64,000 nucleotides of DNA, taken from contig CP154954.1 in assembly GCA_039621445.1 (NCBI GenBank), positions 19,020,642-19,084,641 of the forward strand, given 5' to 3'. Origin of the DNA: Euglena gracilis. Its lineage: Eukaryota. Below, piece after piece: positions 1 to 12,616 of this stretch; position 1 is the first letter of the stretch, and every line of letters starts with the position of its first letter. The notes under the pieces were generated by a model. That model ran no database searches. It saw nothing but the letters and a program-made list of their open reading frames with translations, and was not told the origin of the DNA. The position numbers were made by a program, and so were the translations under genes.

Positions 1-560
1 CCGATCGAGCTCCCCAAAATAATAAAATCCCTTGTGTCTCCAAGTCGTTTTGGGGGGCAAGTCCCTTGTGTTTTCAAATCGTTTTGTGGGGCAAATCCCT
101 CGTGTTTCCAACTGATCGAGGGCCCCAAAATAATAAAATCCCTTGTGTCTCCAAGTCGTTTTGGGGGGCAAGTCCCTTGTGTTTTCAAATCGTTTTGGGG
201 GGCAAATCCCTTGTGTTGTCCAACTGATCGAGGGCCCGAAAATAGTAAAATACCTTGTGTCTCCAAGTCGGTTTGGGGGGCAAGTCCCTGGTGTTTCCAA
301 GTTGTTTTGGGGGGCAAATCCCTTGTGTTGTTCAACCGATCGAGCTCCCCAAAATAATAAAATCCCTTGTGTCTCCAAGTGCCTTGTGTTTTCAAGTCGT
401 TTTGGGGGGCAAATCCCTTGTGTTGTCCAACTGATCGAGGGCCCCAAAATAATAAAATCCCTTGTGTCTCCAAGTGGTTTTGGGGGGCAAATCCCTTGTG
501 TTTCCAAGTTGTTTTGGGGGGCAAATCCCTTGTGTTGTTCAACCGATCGAGGGCCCCAAA

Positions 561-2360
561 GGAGGCGGACGGACGGACGGACGGACGGCTGGTGAAAAAA
601 GCGAAGGTCCGGACGGACGGCTGACCTTGTGGGCTTGGTCCAGACGGCTGAAGAAAATGCACTTGGTCCAGCTAGCCGGCTAGCCGGCTGGCCGGCCCGA
701 GTCCTTGTAAGCGCAGGCGTCTCAGTGCACGCGACTCTGGAGCTGGGGTGCTGCTAGCCTGGCCACATCTGGCTAGCCGCGGCCAGCCGCGGCTGGCTGG
801 CAAAAAAAAGGAGGAGGTCTGGCCAGCCAAGATTTGGTGTTCTGTCCCGAAACTTTCTTCCGCTTCATTTTGTTGGACTAGTCCTTTTTTTCTTTTGATA
901 TTGAGAAGTGTATCGTGCACACAGTGTAGTTGGTGCAGCATGCAGTTCGGAACTGTCAGGTCGCGGGTTCAAACCCCGCTGTGTGCAACAAGTTTTCCTC
1001 ACTTGAAACCGCCATCTACTGTCATTTTTTTTGAAGAAATTATGAATCACCCTCACGCAAAAAAATGCTTGCATTCCCAATTCTTCTCCTTCAGTGTCAC
1101 AATGCCGTTTCGGGTGGAAGCGGTGTGGGATAGTTATGATGAAAGTACAGGGTACTGAAATGAAGTGAAAATACAGGAACTTATTGCTTTATGGAGGCCA
1201 CATCACCACATGCAGGCCACTCAGGCCTTTGCTCTGAACAAATCCACATTCGATCGAGCAGAGGCCTGCCTGCAACACGGTGACAGGCCCTTGGTGGGTC
1301 TACTTATTTTCTGCTACTTGCTACTTGCATCACAAGTTTCAAGTCTGAAGACAGATTTCACAGACATTTTGTCCTTAGATGCTGGTTTTCTTCTGAAACT
1401 TCAATTTTTATTTCTTGCGTTCTTTATTTGCTGTTCGACAAATGTTGTTGGAAACCAAAAAATTGGGGGAGAAGTTTTTCAATCTGGCAAACGGCCCAAA
1501 ATTTTGCATTTCACATTTTTTGCGATGTCATGGTTTTTTTTTTGGGCCGGATGTGGTGGCCAGTTTTGGGCCAGATGTTCTATCCAGTTTTGGGCTAGAT
1601 GTGGTGGCCAGTTTTGGGCCACAGGATTCTCTCAGGAAGGAGTTGTTTGGGTGCCATTCTCTTGGAAAGGGGGGGGGGCAGAAAAGCGTTTTGTTTCCGT
1701 TTTTTTTTTTGGCAAAATATGTGTTGTTCAACGAGAAAAATGTCAGTAAAATTTGACTGTGCCAAAAGTTTGTTTACTTTATTGACCTTCGTTTATTTCA
1801 CCTCCTCAAAAGTATGAGCTTTTAGGACGGAAAATTTTGAGGTTTTTTGTGAAAAAAGTTTTTTTCCATCAAAAATCACGTGTTTTTGGGTTTTATTTTC
1901 CAAAAAACTTTTCTGGGCAAAATCCCCGTTTTCCCGAAAACGGTGAAAATGTTGTGGTGGGTGTGGGGGGGGGGTCGACTTACCCCCCCTTCCGGTTCTT
2001 CCGGCGCAGTCTTTTGGTGCTGCCGTCATATGTTGAAGAAATGTTCATCCACCCGAAAAATAAATAGCATTGGACTCCCTGCAGGCGCACTCACGGCAAT
2101 GCTGGAGCGTGCACAACAGGAAAAACCGAAGGGCAGGGACAATTTCTTGATTTGACGCGACGAGTGGAGGGAAGACGTGACTGCTTTTCGGAAGGAAGGA
2201 AATTTTTTTTTGGTCCGGCCGGCTGGCAAGAAAAACATTGGTCCGGCTTGACGGACGGCTGGCGAAAAAATGCTTCGTCCGGACGGACGGCTGGGCGTCC
2301 ACCATTGGTCCGGCTGAAGAGGTCCGAACGGCTCGGACGGCTAGCCGGCCAACCGCCCCC
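561..2360. mobile_element. Non-autonomous TIR element (GGRGGCGG...CCGCCCCC, 3-bp TSD AAA; PIF/Harbinger-like), copy 1
   Basis: It interrupts a satellite unit (ccccaaa|...|aaaataat) and has GGAC/GACGG-rich subterminal repeats. The same ends recur at 3919-5735 and 10578-11675. The superfamily is inferred only from TSD length and G-rich TIR. Confidence 0.7.
916..987 (+). ncRNA. tRNA-like 72-nt cloverleaf (pseudo-tRNA or SINE-head-like; possible CGG anticodon)
   Basis: TGCACACA/TGTGTGCA acceptor stem, GCGGG-TTCAAAC-CCCGC T arm, CAG-TTCGGAA-CTG anticodon-like arm; the D arm is irregular. Confidence 0.55.
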
Positions 2361-2635
2361 AAAATAATAAAATCCCTTGTGTCTCCAAGTCGTTTTGGGG
2401 GGCAAGTCCCTTGTGTTTCCAAGTTGTTTTGGGGGGCAAATCCCTTGTGTTGTTCAACCGATTGAGGGCCCCAAAATAATAAAATCCCTTGTGTCTCCAA
2501 GTCGTTTTGGGGGGCAAGTCCCTGGTGTTTCCAAGTCGTTTTGGGGGGCAAATTGTTGTCCAACTGATCGAGGGCCCAAAAATAATAAAACCCCTTGTGT
2601 CTCCAAGTCGTTTTGGGGGGCAAATCCCTTGTGTT

Positions 2636-3309
2636 CAGGGTTGACGTTTTTTTTGTTTTTTTTTAAAAAAACAAAAAAACATGTTTTTTTAAAAAAAACG
2701 CAAAAAAAAACATGTTTTTTTTTGAAAAAGCAAAAATTGACCTTTTTCCTTTTGAAATGACCATTTTTTTGAAGGAAATGTTTTGCGGGTAGTTGGGGGC
2801 ATGGGGGGGGGGGCACGGGGGGGTCACAGGGGGGGGGGGTCACGAGGGGGGGTCACATTTTCGGTGGCCAGATTAGAAATCACCGAAAACGAATTTTTGG
2901 GGGAAAATCCTTTTTAGGCTCCAAAATAGGAATCCCCCAAACGAAAATTAGGAAATCTACCGGAATATTTTGGCATCACCGGCCAAGTTTTTCAGAAAAA
3001 ATTGCCGAACCGGGTCTTAGGTCGGGTGGGGGGGGGGGTGTGAAGGGGGGAACAGCCCCTGTGAAGTTTTTTTTTTCAAATGTGTGAAAGTATTTCCAAA
3101 TCTGTGTTTTCTGGTGCGAATAATCATGCTTTCAACCCAAAAAAATGAATGTTGTAGAGATAAAAAATGCACTTTTTCCCAAAAAAAACATTGCAAAATT
3201 TTTTCCCCCAAACCCTTCATTACGGTTTTTTTTGTTTTTTTTTAAAAAACATATTTTTTTTAAAGAAACATGTTTTTTTTGTTTCAAAAAAAACAAGCCG
3301 TCAACCTTG
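2636..3309. mobile_element. hAT-like MITE, TIR CAGGGTTGACG...CGTCAACCTTG, 8-bp TSD CTTGTGTT
   Basis: TSD at 2628-2635 and 3310-3317. A related left end is present at ~18810. Confidence 0.85.
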
Positions 3310-3918
3310 CTTGTGTTTCCAAGTTGTTTTGGGGGGCAAATCCCTTGTGTTGTTCAACCGATCCAAGGCCCCAAAATAATAAAATCCCTTGTGTCTCCAA
3401 GTCGTTTTGGGGGGCAAATCCCTTGTGGTTCCAAAACGTTTTGAGGGGTAAATCCGTTGTGTTGTTCAATTGATCGAGGGCCCAAAAATAATAAAATCCC
3501 TTGTGTCTCCAAGTCGTTTTGGGGGGCAAGTCCCTTGTGTTTTCAAATCGTTTTGGGGGGCAAATCCCTTGTGTTGTCCAACTGATCGAGGGCCCGAAAA
3601 TAGTAAAATCCCTTGTGTCTCCAAGTCGGTTTGGGGGGCAAGTCCCTGGTGTTTCCAAGTTGTTTTGGGGGGCAAATCCCTTGTGTTGTTCAACCGATCG
3701 AGCTCCCTAAAATAATAAAATCCCTTGTGTCTCCAAGTGCCTTGTGTTTTCAAGTCGTTTTGGGGGGCAAATCCCTTGTGTTGTCCAACTGATCGAGGGC
3801 TCCAAAATAATAAAATCCCTTATGTCTCCAAGTGGTTTTGGGGGGCAAATCCCTTGTGTTTCCAAGTTGTTTTGGGGGGGCAAATCCCTTGTGTTGTTCA
3901 ACCGATCGAGGGCCCCAA

Positions 3919-5735
3919 AGGAGGCGGACGGACGGACGGACGGACGGCTGGTGAAAAAAGCGAAGGTCCGGACGGACGGCTGACCTTGTGGGCTTGGTCT
4001 AGACGGCTGAAGAAAATGCACTTGGTCCAGCTAGCCGGCTAGCCGGCTGGCCGGCTGGCCGGCCCGAGTCTTTGTAAGCGCAGGCGTCTCAGTGCACGCG
4101 ACTCTGGAGCTGGGGTGCTGCTAGCCTGGCCACATCTGGCTAGCCGCGGCCAGCCGCGGCTGGCTGGCAAAAAAAAGGAGGAGGTCTGGCCAGCCAAGAT
4201 TTGGTGTTCTGTCCCGAAACTTTCTTCCGCTTCATTTTGTTGGACTAGTCCTTTTTTTCTTTTGATATTGAGAAGTGTATCGTGCACACAGTGTAGTTGG
4301 TGCAGCATGCAGTTCGGAACTGTCAGGTCGCGGGTTCAAACCCCGCTGTGTGCAACAAGTTTTCCTCACTTGAAACCGCCATCTACTGTCATTTTTTTGA
4401 AGAAATTATGAATCACCCTCACGCAAAAAAATGCTTGCATTCCCAATTCTTCTCCTTCAGTGTCACAATGCCGTTTCGGGTGGAAGCGGTGTGGGATAGT
4501 TATGATGAAAGTACAGGGTACTGAAATGAAGTGAAAATACAGGAACTTATTGCTTTATGGAAAGAGGGCCAACATCACCACATGCAGGCCACTCAGGCCT
4601 TTGCTCTGAACAAATCCACATTCGATCGAGCAGAGGCCTGCCTGCAACACGGTGACAGGCCCTTGGTGGGTCTACTTGTTTTCTGCTTGGTACTTGCTAC
4701 TTGCATCACAAGTTTCAAGTCTGAAGACAGATTTCACAGACATTTTGTCCTTAGATGCTGGTTTTCTTCTGAAACTTCAATTTTTATTTCTTGCGTTCTT
4801 TATTTGCTGTTCGACAAATGTTGTTGGAAACCAAAAAATTGGGGGAGAAGTTTTTCAATCTGGCAAACGGCCCAAAATTTTGCATTTCACATTTTTTGCG
4901 ATGTCATGGTTTTTTTTTTGGGCCGGATGTGGTGGCCAGTTTTGGGCCAGATGTTCTATCCAGTTTTGGGCTAGATGTGGTGGCCAGTTTTGGGCCACAG
5001 GATTCTCTCAGGAAGGAGTTGTTTGGGTGCCATTCTCTTGGAAAGGGGGGGCAGAAAAGCGTTTTGTTTCCGTTTTTTTTTTTTGGCAAAATATGTGTTG
5101 TTCAACGAGAAAAATGTCAGTAAAATTTGACTGTGCCAAAAGTTTGTTTACTTTATTGACCTTCGTTTATTTCACCTCCTCAAAAGTATGAGTTTTTAGG
5201 ACGGAAAATTTTGAGGTTTTTTGTGAAAAAAGTTTTTTTCCATCAAAAATCACGTGTTTTTGGGTTTTATTTTTCAAAAAACTTTTCTGGGCAAAATCCC
5301 CGTTTTCCCGAAAACGGTGAAAATGTTGTGGTGGGTGTGGGGGGGGGGTCGACTTACCCCCCCTTCCGGTTCTTCCGGCGCAGTCTTTTGGTGCTGCCGT
5401 CATATGTTGAAGAAATGTTCATCCACCCGAAAAATAAATAGCATTGGACTCCGTGCAGGCGCACTCACGGCAATGCTGGAGCGTGCACAACAGGAAAAAC
5501 CGAAGGGCAGGGACAATTTCTTGATTTGACGCGACGAGTGGAGGGAAGACGTGACTGCTTTTCGGGAAGGAAGGAAATTTTTTTTTTGGTCCGGCCGGCT
5601 GGCAAGAAAAACATTGGTCCGGCTTGACGGACGGCTGGCGAAAAAATGCTTCGTCCGGACGGACGGCTGGGCGTCCACCATTGGTCCGGCTGAAGAGGTC
5701 CGGACGGCTCGGACGGCTAGCCGGCCAGCCGCCCC
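3919..5735. mobile_element. 3-bp-TSD TIR element, copy 2 (product of the tandem duplication)
   Basis: Near-identical to 561-2360 and at the same insertion site in the satellite. Confidence 0.7.
4283..4354 (+). ncRNA. tRNA-like cloverleaf, duplicate of 916-987
   Basis: Same sequence as 916-987. Confidence 0.55.
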
Positions 5736-6011
5736 CAAAATAATAAAATCCCTTGTGTCTCCAAGTCGTTTTGGGGGGCAAGTCCCTTGTGTTTCCAAGT
5801 TGTTTTGGGGGGCAAATCCCTTGTGTTGTTCAACCGATTGAGGGCCCCAAAATAATAAAATCCCTTGTGTCTCCAAGTCGTTTTGGGGGGCAAGTCCCTG
5901 GTGTTTCCAAGTCGTTTTGGGGGGCAAATTGTTGTCCAACTGATCGAGGGCCCAAAAATAATAAAACCCCTTGTGTCTCCAAGTCGTTTTGGGGGGCAAA
6001 TCCCTTGTGTT

Positions 6012-6687
6012 CAGGGTTGACGTTTTTTTTGTTTTTTTTTAAAAAAAACAAAAAAACATGTTTTTTTAAAAAAAACGCAAAAAACATGTTTATTTTTGAA
6101 AAAGCAAAAATTGACCCTTTTCCTTGCGAAATGACCATTTTTTTGAAGAAAATTTTTCGCGGGTAGTTCGGGTCACGGGGGGGGTCACGGGGGGGTCACA
6201 GGGGGGGGGGGGGCAGGAGGGGGGGTCACATTTTCGGTGGCCAGATTAGAAATCACCGAAAACGAATTTTTGGGGGAAAATCCTTTTTAGGCTCCAAAAT
6301 AGGAATCCCCCAAACGAAAATTAGGATATCTACCGGAATATTTTGGCATCACCGGCCAAGTTTTTCAGAAAAAATGGCCGAAACGGGTCTTAGGTCGGGT
6401 TGGGGGAGGGGGGTCAAGGGGGGAACACCCCCTGTGAAGTTTTTTTTTTCAAATGTGTGAAAGTATTTCCAAATCTGTGTTTTCTGGTGCGAAAAATCAT
6501 GCTTTCAACCCAAAAAAATGAATGTTGTAGAGATAAAAAATGCACTTTTTCCCAAAAAAAAACATTGCAAAAAATTTTTCCCCCAAACCCTCCATGACGT
6601 TTTTTTTGTTTTTTTTTAAAAAAAACATAATTTTTTTAAAAAAAACATGTTTTTTTTGTTTCAAAAAAAAACAAGCCGTCAACCTTG
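6012..6687. mobile_element. hAT-like MITE, duplicate of 2636-3309, 8-bp TSD CTTGTGTT
   Basis: TSD at 6004-6011 and 6688-6695; same TIRs. Confidence 0.85.
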
Positions 6688-6989
6688 CTTGTGTTTCCAA
6701 GTTGTTTTGGGGGGCAAATCCCTTGTGTTGTTCAACCGATCCAAGGCCCCAAAATAATAAAATCCCTTGTGTCTCCAAGTCGTTTTGGGGGGCAAGTCCC
6801 TTGTGTTTTCAAATCGTTTTGGGGGGCAAATCCCTTGTGTTGCTCAACTGTTCAAGGGCCAAATCCCTTATGTCATGTAGTGATTTTGGGGTGTATTTTG
6901 GCATCAGTAATCAATATTAATTTTTCTTAGTTTTGTTTTCTTTGTATTTGAAGGCCTAAAACATCAAAAAAAAAATCGAATTTTTTTTG

Positions 6990-7195
6990 ATAGGGGGGCG
7001 AGGTAGTGGGGTGGGCCAACCCTAGGGTCGACCTAGGGTCGGCCCACGACCCTAGGATGGGCGACCCTGGGGTCGGCCCACTGCGACCCTAGCGACCTTA
7101 GCGACTTTAGCGACCTTAGCGACCCTAGGGCCGTATTGGGCCGACCCTGGGGTCGGCCCACTACCCCCCCCCCCCAGGCCAGATCTACCCCCCGG
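6990..7195. mobile_element. Palindrome-rich small repeat element (GGTCG/CGACC modules), related to ~10070-10385
   Basis: Multiple CCCTAGGG and GGTCGACC palindromes; shares the end CACTACCCCC...CAGGCCAGATC with 10350-10378. Confidence 0.5.
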
Positions 7196-8042
7196 ATTCG
7201 GCCATAATGCAGCGCTTATTTTCAGCGATTGTGTATTCCAAAATTTGACATCCTAATTTGTTAAATCCCACAGCTCAGGTTGCATATTGCATATCAAACG
7301 AAAGGTCTCACCAACACCTTTCGCTTGGTACCCACAGAACTCAGCCAGATTGCAGATTGCAAAGCGCCCTCAAAATCAGCGATCGCATTTTTCCGCATTT
7401 TTCGGACCCCATTTGCATATCTGAAATTCCACTTTTCAGCTGCCATGTTGCCCATCGATCGAAAGCTCTTCTCGAGGGCTTTCAGCAGATGGCCTTAGAT
7501 TTCTGCCATGCTTTGTGGTATTCTATTTCAGAAAGTCTCCAAAATTGGCCAAAAGGAAATTTTCCTCAAAAACCCCAAATTTTTGGGCCAAGTCCACCCA
7601 AAAACTGCTCAAATGTGATTCCCACCTATCCACGAACCCTTTTGGACACTTTTTGGCACTTTTTATTTTGGGTCCCCCAGACGCCGGTTTCACGCCCGAA
7701 CCGGCGTCTGGGACACCGGTTCGGCACAGAAATTTCCCGCCCGAACCGGCGTCCCAGACGCCGGTTCGGGCATGAAACCGGAGCCCCCAGACACGGTTTC
7801 AAGTGTTTATCAAGTGCATGTTATTATGTTATTGAGATCAAGTTTCAACTTAAACCGTTTTTGAACCCGGCGTTTGAGACGCCGGGTTCAGGACAGAACC
7901 GGCGTCCCCCCCCCCATGGGTTTTCCAGATGCTGGTTCTGTCCTAAAACCCGGCGTTATGAACGCCGGTTCTGTCCAAAACCCGGCGTCCGGTTTGGGAC
8001 TGTTTTTTGTGCAAAAAAGTGTGCCAATGTGACCCCAGAAAC

Positions 8043-9230
8043 CAGCGGTGTAGAAACAACTTTTTCTCGGGGGGGGCGAGATCCTGGGCCTGAAGCGAAG
8101 TTAGCGCCCGTCATAAACAGAAAAATTCCAAAAATAGCACCTTTTCAAAAATTTTCGGCGCCAAAGACGCCGAAAAGAATATCCCACTCCCCCTGGGGTG
8201 ACCCCCGGGGGGGGGGGGGGGGTTGGGGGGACCCCAATGTTACAATTTTTTTGTTTTAAAAAAAAGCAAAAAAACTTTCATGAATAAAAAAAACGGTTTA
8301 AAAACGTTTTTTTGTTTTAAAAAGGGTGTTTTTTTAAAAGTAAACACCACAAATAGGAAAAAAACCTGTTATAAACAACTTGTTTAAAAACAGCCCAGTA
8401 ACCTTGCAGGACCCACCCACCCCACCCCCCCTCCCCCTGGGGTCCACGACGGAAAAAAACCCTGTTACCAATGTTGTTTGAATGTGTTGTTTTCTTTTTG
8501 CCGCCCGAAGGGCGGCGAGACGGTAGCACTTTTTTGAAAGAAGGCATTGAACGTAACAAAAAAATGTGGCAATTTTTTGACATCATGCCAATTTGACATT
8601 TTGACACCATCACAATTTGAAAGCTTTCAAGCTGCCAGCGGGCGGAGACGGTGTTGCCTTTTGTGTTTTGGGATTTGAAACGAGTGCAAAATGCGAAAAA
8701 GAGCCCTCGGTCCATTTTGTATTGAACAAAAAAAACATATTGCCGGCCGAAGGGCGGCTGGACGGCAGTGCAATTTTCCAAGAACATTCCCCAAAAAGAG
8801 CCAAATTTATCAACAGAATGGTTTGCTCTTTTAAAAAATTAAACATTAGAAGCCAAGTCAAGTTACATGTGTTTCCTGTTGCCACCCAAAGGGCGAGACG
8901 GGAGTGGAGATATTCACAAACAACAACTTCAGATTGGAAAAAGGAAAACTTTTTTCCCCTCTCTGACCATGAGTTTTGGGCTTGTTTGGCCGCCCAAAGG
9001 GCGGCAAGACGGTAGCGATGTCCAACAACAAAAACACCCAAAAGTTCAATGAAAAGTTGGGTTCTTAATCTGAAAGAATTTTTTCACAAAGTGCAAAAAA
9101 TTTTTGGAGGGTAACTTTTTTCGGGGGGGGGGGCAAAAAAGTTTTGAGTCAAAAAATCCTCGGGGGGGGGGCGAAAAAATCTCGGGGGGGGGCGGCCGCC
9201 CCCCCCTGCCCCCCAGTTTCTACACCAATG
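8043..9230. mobile_element. hAT-like MITE, TIR CAGCGGTGTAGAAAC...GTTTCTACACCAATG, 8-bp TSD (CCAGAAAC/GCAGAAAC)
   Basis: 7/8 TSD match; same family as 14650-15431 (shared GCCGCCCGAAGGGCGGC internal hairpins). Confidence 0.8.
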
Positions 9231-9572
9231 GCAGAAACGAAAATCTCCTTGGCTGAAGGGGGATAAGAGGCACAATATCATGGCTGAGCGCAAAATATCA
9301 TGGATGTGGCGGCAAGTGTTTTGCAGTTTCTGAGGTGGGGGGAGGACTACTAGGCATACAGGGAGCCACAGCTGCAGCAATTATGGCCGAGCTCCTTGGC
9401 GATGAGGAGGGCACCGAGTTGTGCGGCGACTCCGGTGAACAGTGCCAAAGAGAGGCCCTGTTGTAGTCCATCAAGGAACACGCTCCGCGCCCCACCGGAG
9501 GCCATGGCCCCAAGGCGACGCCGGAGCTCATCCCATACGCCGTGACTGTCTCGCCGAAGGACCCCCAGACGC

Positions 9573-10027
9573 CATAGCCGGCACTTCGTTTAAAACGAAG
9601 TAAAGAAAAAAAACGTTTTCTTTAAAAAGAACATGTTTTTTTTAAAAAAAAACAAAAAACGCCATTAAGGGTCCAGGGCAAAATTTTTTTTGCCTTTAAT
9701 TTTAGCTTTTTTTGCCTATCCTCGGTCAGAGAAAGACACCAAATTTGGGATGTTTCAACCATAGTTGGCACTAGGACCTTGTTTGGAATGGTTTCAAGCC
9801 AAAATGGCGGAAAAATGCCCTATTTTGACCATTCTTGTTGAAGACAACCAAAAGTATTGGTTTTCAAGTCATTTGAGCTAAGATTGGTTCACCCTTGCGA
9901 TCAAAGGCAAAATTTGGACCATCATTTTCCCCTTTGTTTTTTCCGTTTTTTTTTGCCCGTTCTTTTTTTAATAAAAAAAAAAAAAAAAACGTTTTTTTTA
10001 AAAAAAACAAAAAAAACGCCAGCTATG
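9573..10027. mobile_element. hAT-like MITE with CAT...ATG termini, 8-bp TSD (CCAGACGC/CCAGACCC), inserted in the CRE element
   Basis: TIR CATAGCCGGC/GCCAGCTATG; same family as 25214-25636. Confidence 0.8.
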
Positions 10028-10955
10028 CCAGACCCGGAGGATAAATGGGGAGAAGCCCGGTGCCTGGAAAGGGGGGGTAGATTTATCCTGGGGGGGGGGG
10101 GGGATTAGGGGTCGACCATGGTCGCTTTCGGTCGCCCTCGGTCGCCCTCGGTCGTGGGGGGGGTCGATGTCAAAATGTGCGCTACATGCAAAATTTGCGC
10201 AACATACAAGCAAAAGGCGTTACACACACAAGGGATTTTGTTATTTTAGGGCCCTGGAACAGTTGCCTACGCCGCTACATGGCAAAAAAGGTGGAAAAAA
10301 AATCAGTAGGAATCACCCATAGCGACCGAGAGCGACCATGGTCGACCCCCACTACCCCCCCCCCCCCCAGGCCAGATCCGGGAGCCCTTGGCAACGGGCC
10401 CCATACTTAGCCGTCTTTTTCTGGGCCCGGCCGCGCAGGAGCTCCGATGAGGCGGGCAAGCTCCAAGCAGCACTGGGTGGTGAGGGGTGATTGATGCCCA
10501 CGTCGATGGCCCACGAGGCAGCCCCCGACCAATGTGGCAGAAAGGTATCCACATCACGCTTCTGATCTGCAGCCACAGGGGGCGGACGGACGGACGGACG
10601 GACGGCTGGTGAAAAAAGCGAAGGTCCGGACGGACGGTTGACCTTGTGGGCTTGGTCCAGACGGCTGAAGAAAATGCACTTGGTCCAGCTAGCCGGCCGG
10701 GTCTTTGGAACCGCAGGCGTAAACCACAATCGCGTAGATCGCCAACCGGAAGTAACGGTCCAGATCTGGGTTGCACACAACATGTCAGATCTACAGTACG
10801 ATGTCCGCTGAGCTGCCCCGTACTGCAAGGTTCGTATCAGAGGTGATTCACGGGCCTATTTTTGTGGTATTTATCATTCAACCTCAAGATGATTATTTCC
10901 AAGTGGCTACAGTGACCTCCTTGCGTACTCAACTCATCCTCCGAGAATGATATCA

Positions 10956-11027
10956 CCCCCCGTGGTATAGCGGTCGTGTGGTTAGCGTGTGACCGGTAGA
11001 TCGCGGGTTCGAATCCCGCCGGGGGGC
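10956..11027 (+). ncRNA. tRNA-like 72-nt cloverleaf with an atypical anticodon loop
   Basis: CCCCCCG/CGGGGGG acceptor stem, GCGGG-TTCGAAT-CCCGC T arm, A-box-like TGGTATAGCGG. Confidence 0.6.
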
Positions 11028-11211
11028 AGCTTCGTGTTTTTCCTGATTTGACGCGACGAGTAGAGGGAAGCTATGACTGCTTTTCGGAAAGGAAGGAAAT
11101 TTTTTTTTGGTCCGGCCGGCTGGCAAGACAGACATTGGTCCGGCTTGACGGACGGCTGGCGAAAAAATGCTTCGTCCGGACGGACGGCTGGGCGTCCAGC
11201 ATTGGTCCAGC

Positions 11212-11622
11212 TAGGGTTGTGCCAATTAATCGTTTCCGGCTGGACCCCGAATAATCGCGATTAATCGGGGTGTCTCGGGCGATTAACAATTAATTGGTCC
11301 CTTCCGATTTTTGAAAATGAAATCTGCTTGAAAATTCTAATATAGAACATTAGGAACTGCTGTATCTTAATCAGAATCGTGAGATGTTTCACGGGCACGT
11401 TCGGTGACTTGTTGGCACTTTTAACAACCGTTTTCACGGTGTACCATCAAGTCGTGTGCTATCTGTCTGACCAACCCACTAATTTTTGTTGATTTCAACC
11501 AATTTTGTGTTTGTTGGGTTTACATCCACACAATGAACGATTAACAGCCATGGGCCGAACGATTCGATTAATCGGCGATGACGAACGGTTAATCGATTAG
11601 TCGATTAATCGAAACAGCCCTA
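11212..11622. mobile_element. CGATTAA-rich MITE (TAGGG...CCCTA), 7-bp TSD GTCCAGC, nested in the 3-bp-TSD element
   Basis: The empty-site sequence is seen at ~2305-2320. An inverted fragment of the same family lies at ~13520-13636. Confidence 0.75.
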
Positions 11623-11890
11623 GTCCAGCTGAAGAGGTCCGGACGGCTCGGACGGCTAGCCGGCCAGCCGCCCCCACAGAAATCTCGAGAGCATGGCGGA
11701 TCCCCCGGGCCTGCAGCTGGGCACCCAGAAAGTGTTGAACCGGTGGTGGCGCTCCCACAACTTGTTCTTGTGGCAGCACAGAGCGTGATCCCCAAAGGGA
11801 TCCACCACCTGCCCGCAACCCAAGGGGCAGGGTGAACCTGCCAGGCTCAACGGGATGATGCAACCCCAGATGCCACTTCATCATCAGGCG

Positions 11891-12616
11891 CAGGGTTGGG
11901 CAATTAACCGTTATTATTGGGGTCAAGCGATTAACCATGGTTAACTGGGGGTCAACAAGCGATTAACCAATTTTCGATTAATTGTGCTTTCCCCTCGATT
12001 AATTTCGATTAACCGCCACAAAAAAATTCAAAATGTCCCTTCCCTTGAGTAGTGTTGTTGAGTGATGCTGCAACTTTTCTGCCTCCTCAAAATCCTCAAA
12101 ATGCGTCAAGACGCTTTCACCCAAACGACAAGCCTCATGCATTGGAGGTATGTTTTACAAATCTTTCATCAAAAGTTGAAGTGAGTGCGCAGCGCAACGC
12201 ACTTGAAAAGTCTATAAAAATAATTGTTAGCACGTGCCCAGCCACAGATGCCCTAATGAAAAATGTGTTCATGATCACAAATTTCAGGGCAAGCATTTGG
12301 CGGGCGGAACACGTTCTTAAACAGCCAACAAAATCAATGATTTCCTGCGACAATTCTTTCCTTGAAAAAGAGAAATGAAAACTTAAAATAATTTTGCACA
12401 AAGAACCTTCCAAACGGCCCACACAACTTTCCCCTTTCGGTCAACGCCGGCTCAATGACTGGCACAAACTTCAAAAAAAAAGTCGATTAACCAAGGGGGC
12501 CACAAGCGATTAACCGTTTTTCGATTAACCATGGTTAATTGTCTCCCCCACAAACGATCGATTAACTGGGGGGGTCACAAGCGATTAACCGTTTTTCGAT
12601 TAACCATCCAACCCTG
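11891..12616. mobile_element. CGATTAA-rich MITE (CAGGGTTGG...CCAACCCTG), 7-bp TSD TCAGGCG
   Basis: TSD at 11884-11890 and 12617-12623; many CGATTAA subterminal motifs. Confidence 0.8.

Larger units (their letters stand above)
1..6870. repeat. Minisatellite array (CCAAGTCGTTTTGGGGGGCAAATCCCTTGTGT-type units mixed with GATCGAGGGCCCCAAAATAATAAAATCCCTTGTGT units) inside a ~3.37-kb tandem segmental duplication
   Basis: Repeat units are visible at 1-560, 2360-2635, 3310-3920, 5735-6011 and 6688-6870. The unique insert 561-3309 recurs at 3919-6687 with offset ~3358-3378 and only scattered differences. Confidence 0.95.
10578..11675. mobile_element. 3-bp-TSD (ACA) TIR element, third family member with a different interior, inserted in the CRE endonuclease
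   Basis: GGGGGCGG...CCGCCCCC ends shared with 561-2360. Removing it rejoins the CRE frame (EISV-AADQKR). Confidence 0.75.

Noticed and set aside
1-560. CRISPR-like appearance of the regularly spaced repeats
   Set aside because: No unique spacers, no cas genes, and a eukaryotic TE context.
34-6930. Many 60-200 aa ORFs with repeated SPSRFGGQ/WGANPLC peptides
   Set aside because: Translations of the minisatellite, open in several frames on both strands.
7258-8259. 333-aa ORF
   Set aside because: It runs across stacked MITE and repeat sequence, including the element starting at 8043, and has no recognisable motif.
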